This document shows, piece by piece, positions 60,754 to 64,000 of a stretch of DNA of 64,000 bases. The translations under genes were made by a program, and so were the position numbers. This DNA is from Minisyncoccota bacterium. Lineage in GTDB: Bacteria > Patescibacteriota > Minisyncoccia > Phycocordibacterales > Phycocordibacteraceae. The stretch covers positions 33,233 to 97,232 of the forward strand of contig DASZVH010000008.1 of the NCBI GenBank assembly GCA_035547315.1, given 5' to 3'. How positions within the stretch are numbered: the stretch's first letter is position 1; each line of letters starts with the position of its first letter. The notes beneath the pieces are model-generated. The model did no database searches. It was not told the origin of the DNA and worked only from the letters and a program-made list of their open reading frames with translations.

Positions 60754-62397
60754 ATGAAGCGATTCCACCTCTATAGGGTGCGTTTCTGGGGCGCGTATCG
60801 CCCGGAGACCGTCGCGGCGCTCGGCGCGCTCGGCGTCCTCTTCACGATTCTTGCCGCGACGCTGGTCCTGCTACACGGTCATTTTTCTTACGCCTTCGAC
60901 GACCCGTACATTGGGCTTGCGCTCGCGGAAAATATCGCGCGCTTCGGTCACTACGGCGTGAATCTCGTCGAATATTCCTCACCCTCTTCTTCGATCCTCT
61001 ATCCTTTTCTCCTTGTTCCGTTTTTCTGGATCGGCATCCCGACTGCGGGGCCGCTCATTCTCGCCTTCTTCTTCACCGCCGCGACCGCCGCCCTCTGCGC
61101 GTGGTATTTCTCCAAGCGCCTCCGATTCTCGGATCCGCTCGCGGCCGGCCTCGCGCTCGGCCTTGCCGCCGCCGCGGGAGCGTTCGGCGTTGCGTTCTCC
61201 GGCCTCGAGCACAGCCTGCATATTTTGGCGACGGTGCTGCTTGCCTTCGCGCTCATCGAGTTCGTACGCGCGCAGTGGTCCGACGGCGCGGTTTCCTCGC
61301 GCTGGCTTTGGGTCCTGGTAGGCGCCGCGATATTGAATCCCCTCATCCGATTCGAAGGTCTCGCGCTCTCCGCGTGCGTCATGGTCATCTTGGTGTGCGC
61401 GCGCCGCGTGGGGGCGGCCGCGCTCGCGCTCGCGGGGATCGCCGGATGCCTCGGCATCTATATGCTCGCGATGCAGCATCTCGGGCTGCCGCTTTTGCCG
61501 AGCTCGGTCTTGACGAAAGAGTCCTCGGCGGCGCTGATCGTCGGCGCACCCCACGGGTTTCTCGGCGGGGTATTAGGCACGATCATCCGGCAACTTTTCG
61601 CAAATCTGCGCGGCATGAGCCCGCAGCTCGCCGCGGCGCTGATCGGTCCATTTCTGCTGCTTGCGGGATATGTGGCTTTCGCCGATCGCGGGTGCCGCGC
61701 GGAGAAGGTTCTCTCGTGGGGAGCGCTCGGCGTGCTCGCTCTTTATTTCTGCTTCGGCAATGTGCTCAGCCTGCGCTACGACTGCTTTCTGATCGCTTTC
61801 GCGCTCGCGCTCATCGCGTACGTGTACCGCGAGACCATACAAAATATCGCGCGCCTTGATTTTGGCCGGATCGCCGCGCTCGCCGTTCTCGCCGCGCTCG
61901 TCTTTGCCATACAGATCAAAGCGGCGGCTTTCATCCCGCTCGCCGCAGATAATATTTACCTCCAGCAGTATCAGATGCATCGCTTGGCCGTCCTGCTCGA
62001 CATGCCCGTGGCGGTGAATGATCTCGGCTGGGTCAGTTACGAGAACGATCAATACGTGCTCGACCTCTTCGGCCTCGCGTCGGAGCCGGCACGGCAGGCG
62101 CGCGCGGCGCACGATCTCTCCTATGCGGAGCGTCTCGCGCGCGAATATAACGTCCACTTCGCTATGGTATATCCGGAGCTGCTCGGGGAATATCTGCCGG
62201 GGAACTGGGTGCGCATCGGTACCTTGCAGTTCAGTGTGCGGAAGGTCAATGCGGCCAATTCATCCGTTTCCTTGTATGCGTTTGATCTCACGCCGGAAGC
62301 CTGCCGTGCGCTCGCGAATCGAATCGCCGCATTCGGCTCGTCCCTGCCTTCCGGCGCATCGCTTACGACCGACCCCGCCGCCTGCGCCGCGTTGTAA
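60754..62397 (+). CDS. GT-C-like membrane glycosyltransferase
   Basis: FDDPYI acidic loop, SSPSSSILY, SGLEH, IRFEG, and a C-terminal soluble domain (NDLG...LDLFGLAS). Confidence 0.75.
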   Translation: MKRFHLYRVRFWGAYRPETVAALGALGVLFTILAATLVLLHGHFSYAFDDPYIGLALAENIARFGHYGVNLVEYSSPSSSILYPFLLVPFFWIGIPTAGPLILAFFFTAATAALCAWYFSKRLRFSDPLAAGLALGLAAAAGAFGVAFSGLEHSLHILATVLLAFALIEFVRAQWSDGAVSSRWLWVLVGAAILNPLIRFEGLALSACVMVILVCARRVGAAALALAGIAGCLGIYMLAMQHLGLPLLPSSVLTKESSAALIVGAPHGFLGGVLGTIIRQLFANLRGMSPQLAAALIGPFLLLAGYVAFADRGCRAEKVLSWGALGVLALYFCFGNVLSLRYDCFLIAFALALIAYVYRETIQNIARLDFGRIAALAVLAALVFAIQIKAAAFIPLAADNIYLQQYQMHRLAVLLDMPVAVNDLGWVSYENDQYVLDLFGLASEPARQARAAHDLSYAERLAREYNVHFAMVYPELLGEYLPGNWVRIGTLQFSVRKVNAANSSVSLYAFDLTPEACRALANRIAAFGSSLPSGASLTTDPAACAAL

Positions 62398-62426
62398 GAG
62401 ACCGATATGCTATACTGCCCCGCATC

Positions 62427-64000
62427 ATGCAGCAGGGAGGGATGGTCAAGCAGATAGCTCGTTGGACCGCGCTCGGGGCCTTGTTCCTGATCCCGATCGC
62501 GCCGCTCATCGTCGCCAACGCCTTCTTCTTCCCCTTCATTACCGGCAAGGCCTTCTACTTCCGCATCCTGGTCGAGATCCTCGTCTGCGCCTGGCTCGTG
62601 CTCGCCCTCGTCGACAAGGAGTACCGGCCGCGCTTCTCCTGGGTGGGACTAGCGGTGCTCGCGTTCGTCGCCTGGATGCTCGTCGCGGACCTTACCGCGG
62701 TCAACGCGGTCAAGGCCTTCTGGAGCAACTTCGAGCGGATGGAGGGCTGGGTCTTGCTCGTCCACCTGCTCGGTTTCTTCCTCGCGGCCTCGGCGGTGCT
62801 GCGAGTGGAGCGGCAGTGGCGCAACTGGTTCCTCGCCTCGCTCGCGGTCTCGGTGGTGATCGTCCTCCACTCCTTCCTCCAGCTTGCGGGCGTCGCGGCG
62901 ATCCATCAAGGCGCGACCCGCATCGACGCCTCCTTCGGCAATTCCGCTTATCTCGCCGTCTACTTCCTCTTCAACGTCTTCCTCGCGTTCTGGCTCGCGC
63001 TCACCGAGGAGCGCGCCTGGCTCAAGTGGTCCCTGCTCGCGCTCGCGGTTGTCGAGGGCGTACTCGTCTTTTATACCCAGACGCGCGGCACGATCCTGGG
63101 CCTCACCGGCGGCGCGGCACTCGTCGCGCTCCTCTTCGCGCTCGCCTCCGGCGGGCGCGCGCGCCGCATCGCGGCGGGCGGCCTCGCGCTCATCGTGGTC
63201 CTTGCCGGCGGCTTCCTGCTTATTAAGGACACGAGTTTCGTGAAGGAGCACGGCATCCTCGAACGCATCGCCTCCATCTCGCTCCAGGACGGGCAGGTGC
63301 GCTTCACCCTCTGGCGGATGGCGGGCGTCGGTGTCTCGGCGAGCGCCAAGACCGCGCTCTTGGGCTACGGGCAGGAGGGCTATAATTACGTTTTCAACGA
63401 ATATTACGACCCCTCGCTCTACGCGCAGGAGCAATGGTTCGACCGCGCGCACAACGCGTTCATCGACTGGCTCGTCGCGGGCGGCATGCCGGCTTTCCTC
63501 CTCTATATCTCGCTCTTCCTCGCCGCGATCGTCGCGCTCTGGAGGAGCCCGCTCGCCCGGCCGGAGAAGATCGCGCTCACCGCCGCGCTCGCGGGCTATA
63601 TCGTCCACAACCTCTTCGTCTTCGATAATCTCTACGCCTATATCTACTTCTTCGCCATCCTCGCGCTCGTCGACAGCCAGGTGGGCCGGCCGCTGCGGGC
63701 ATTCGAGAATGCGGGCGAGCTCGACGCCGCCGCTGCAGGCGGCGCGCTCGCGGGCGCGGGGATTCTCGCCGCGCTCCTGATCTGGTTCGTGAACATCCCG
63801 CAGATGGAGGCCTCCGGCGAGCTCATCCAGGCGCTCTCTGGGCAGAGCGCGGGCCCCTCGGCCAATCTCGCCGCCTTCGAGGATCTCGTGAAGCAGGACT
63901 CGCCGCAGATGCAGGAGGTCCGCGAGCAGCTGGTCTCCTTCGCCTCCCAGATCGCCCAGAATCAGTCCGCCGACGCGAGCACTACGCAGGCGCTCCTCAC
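62427..64000 (+). CDS. O-antigen ligase/O-oligosaccharyltransferase family protein (runs off the window end)
   Basis: Not in the ORF track. Reads MQQGGMVK...FFFPFITGK...SNFERMEG...FGNSAYLA...TRG...GYGQE...FDRAHN (Wzy_C) and is preceded by TGcTATACT. Confidence 0.88.
   Translation, partial: MQQGGMVKQIARWTALGALFLIPIAPLIVANAFFFPFITGKAFYFRILVEILVCAWLVLALVDKEYRPRFSWVGLAVLAFVAWMLVADLTAVNAVKAFWSNFERMEGWVLLVHLLGFFLAASAVLRVERQWRNWFLASLAVSVVIVLHSFLQLAGVAAIHQGATRIDASFGNSAYLAVYFLFNVFLAFWLALTEERAWLKWSLLALAVVEGVLVFYTQTRGTILGLTGGAALVALLFALASGGRARRIAAGGLALIVVLAGGFLLIKDTSFVKEHGILERIASISLQDGQVRFTLWRMAGVGVSASAKTALLGYGQEGYNYVFNEYYDPSLYAQEQWFDRAHNAFIDWLVAGGMPAFLLYISLFLAAIVALWRSPLARPEKIALTAALAGYIVHNLFVFDNLYAYIYFFAILALVDSQVGRPLRAFENAGELDAAAAGGALAGAGILAALLIWFVNIPQMEASGELIQALSGQSAGPSANLAAFEDLVKQDSPQMQEVREQLVSFASQIAQNQSADASTTQALL

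Overview
High-GC bacterial chromosomal window, most consistent with a Patescibacteria/CPR (Parcubacteria-like) genome. This rests on the shortened 16S V1 region, 515F-site mismatches, an unlinked 16S, an archaeal-type PyrH and typical CPR hypothetical proteins. The left part (1-37 kb) is housekeeping: efp, an ECF sigma factor, recA, ftsK, a large S-layer-like protein, L10 leader-rplJ-rplL, a 23S-5S unit carrying an ORF-less group I intron at the L2593-equivalent site, a SEDS gene, folD, secDF, pyrH, a separately promoted 16S, tRNA-Ile-murD-murI-murC-rsmI, and a VirB4/TraG-like ATPase next to a ComEA fusion. The right part (37-64 kb) is a large surface-glycosylation locus with many GT4, GT2 and GT-C enzymes, methyl- and acetyltransferases, Wzx, an inserted AMP-forming acetyl-CoA synthetase, an RGP/STELLO-like protein and an O-antigen-ligase-family gene. 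Most notable: (1) the intron holds a perfect 17-nt antisense copy of its own 5' splice junction plus a structured non-coding L6 insert, suggesting regulated splicing; (2) the 16S lacks the anti-Shine-Dalgarno sequence and many genes have a -10 box 6-10 nt before the ATG; (3) a plant-like UDP-arabinopyranose-mutase-family module; (4) a 20-22 bp palindrome found both intergenically and inside secD. No CRISPR array, transposase or prophage was seen. All calls come from motif reading by eye, without database searches.
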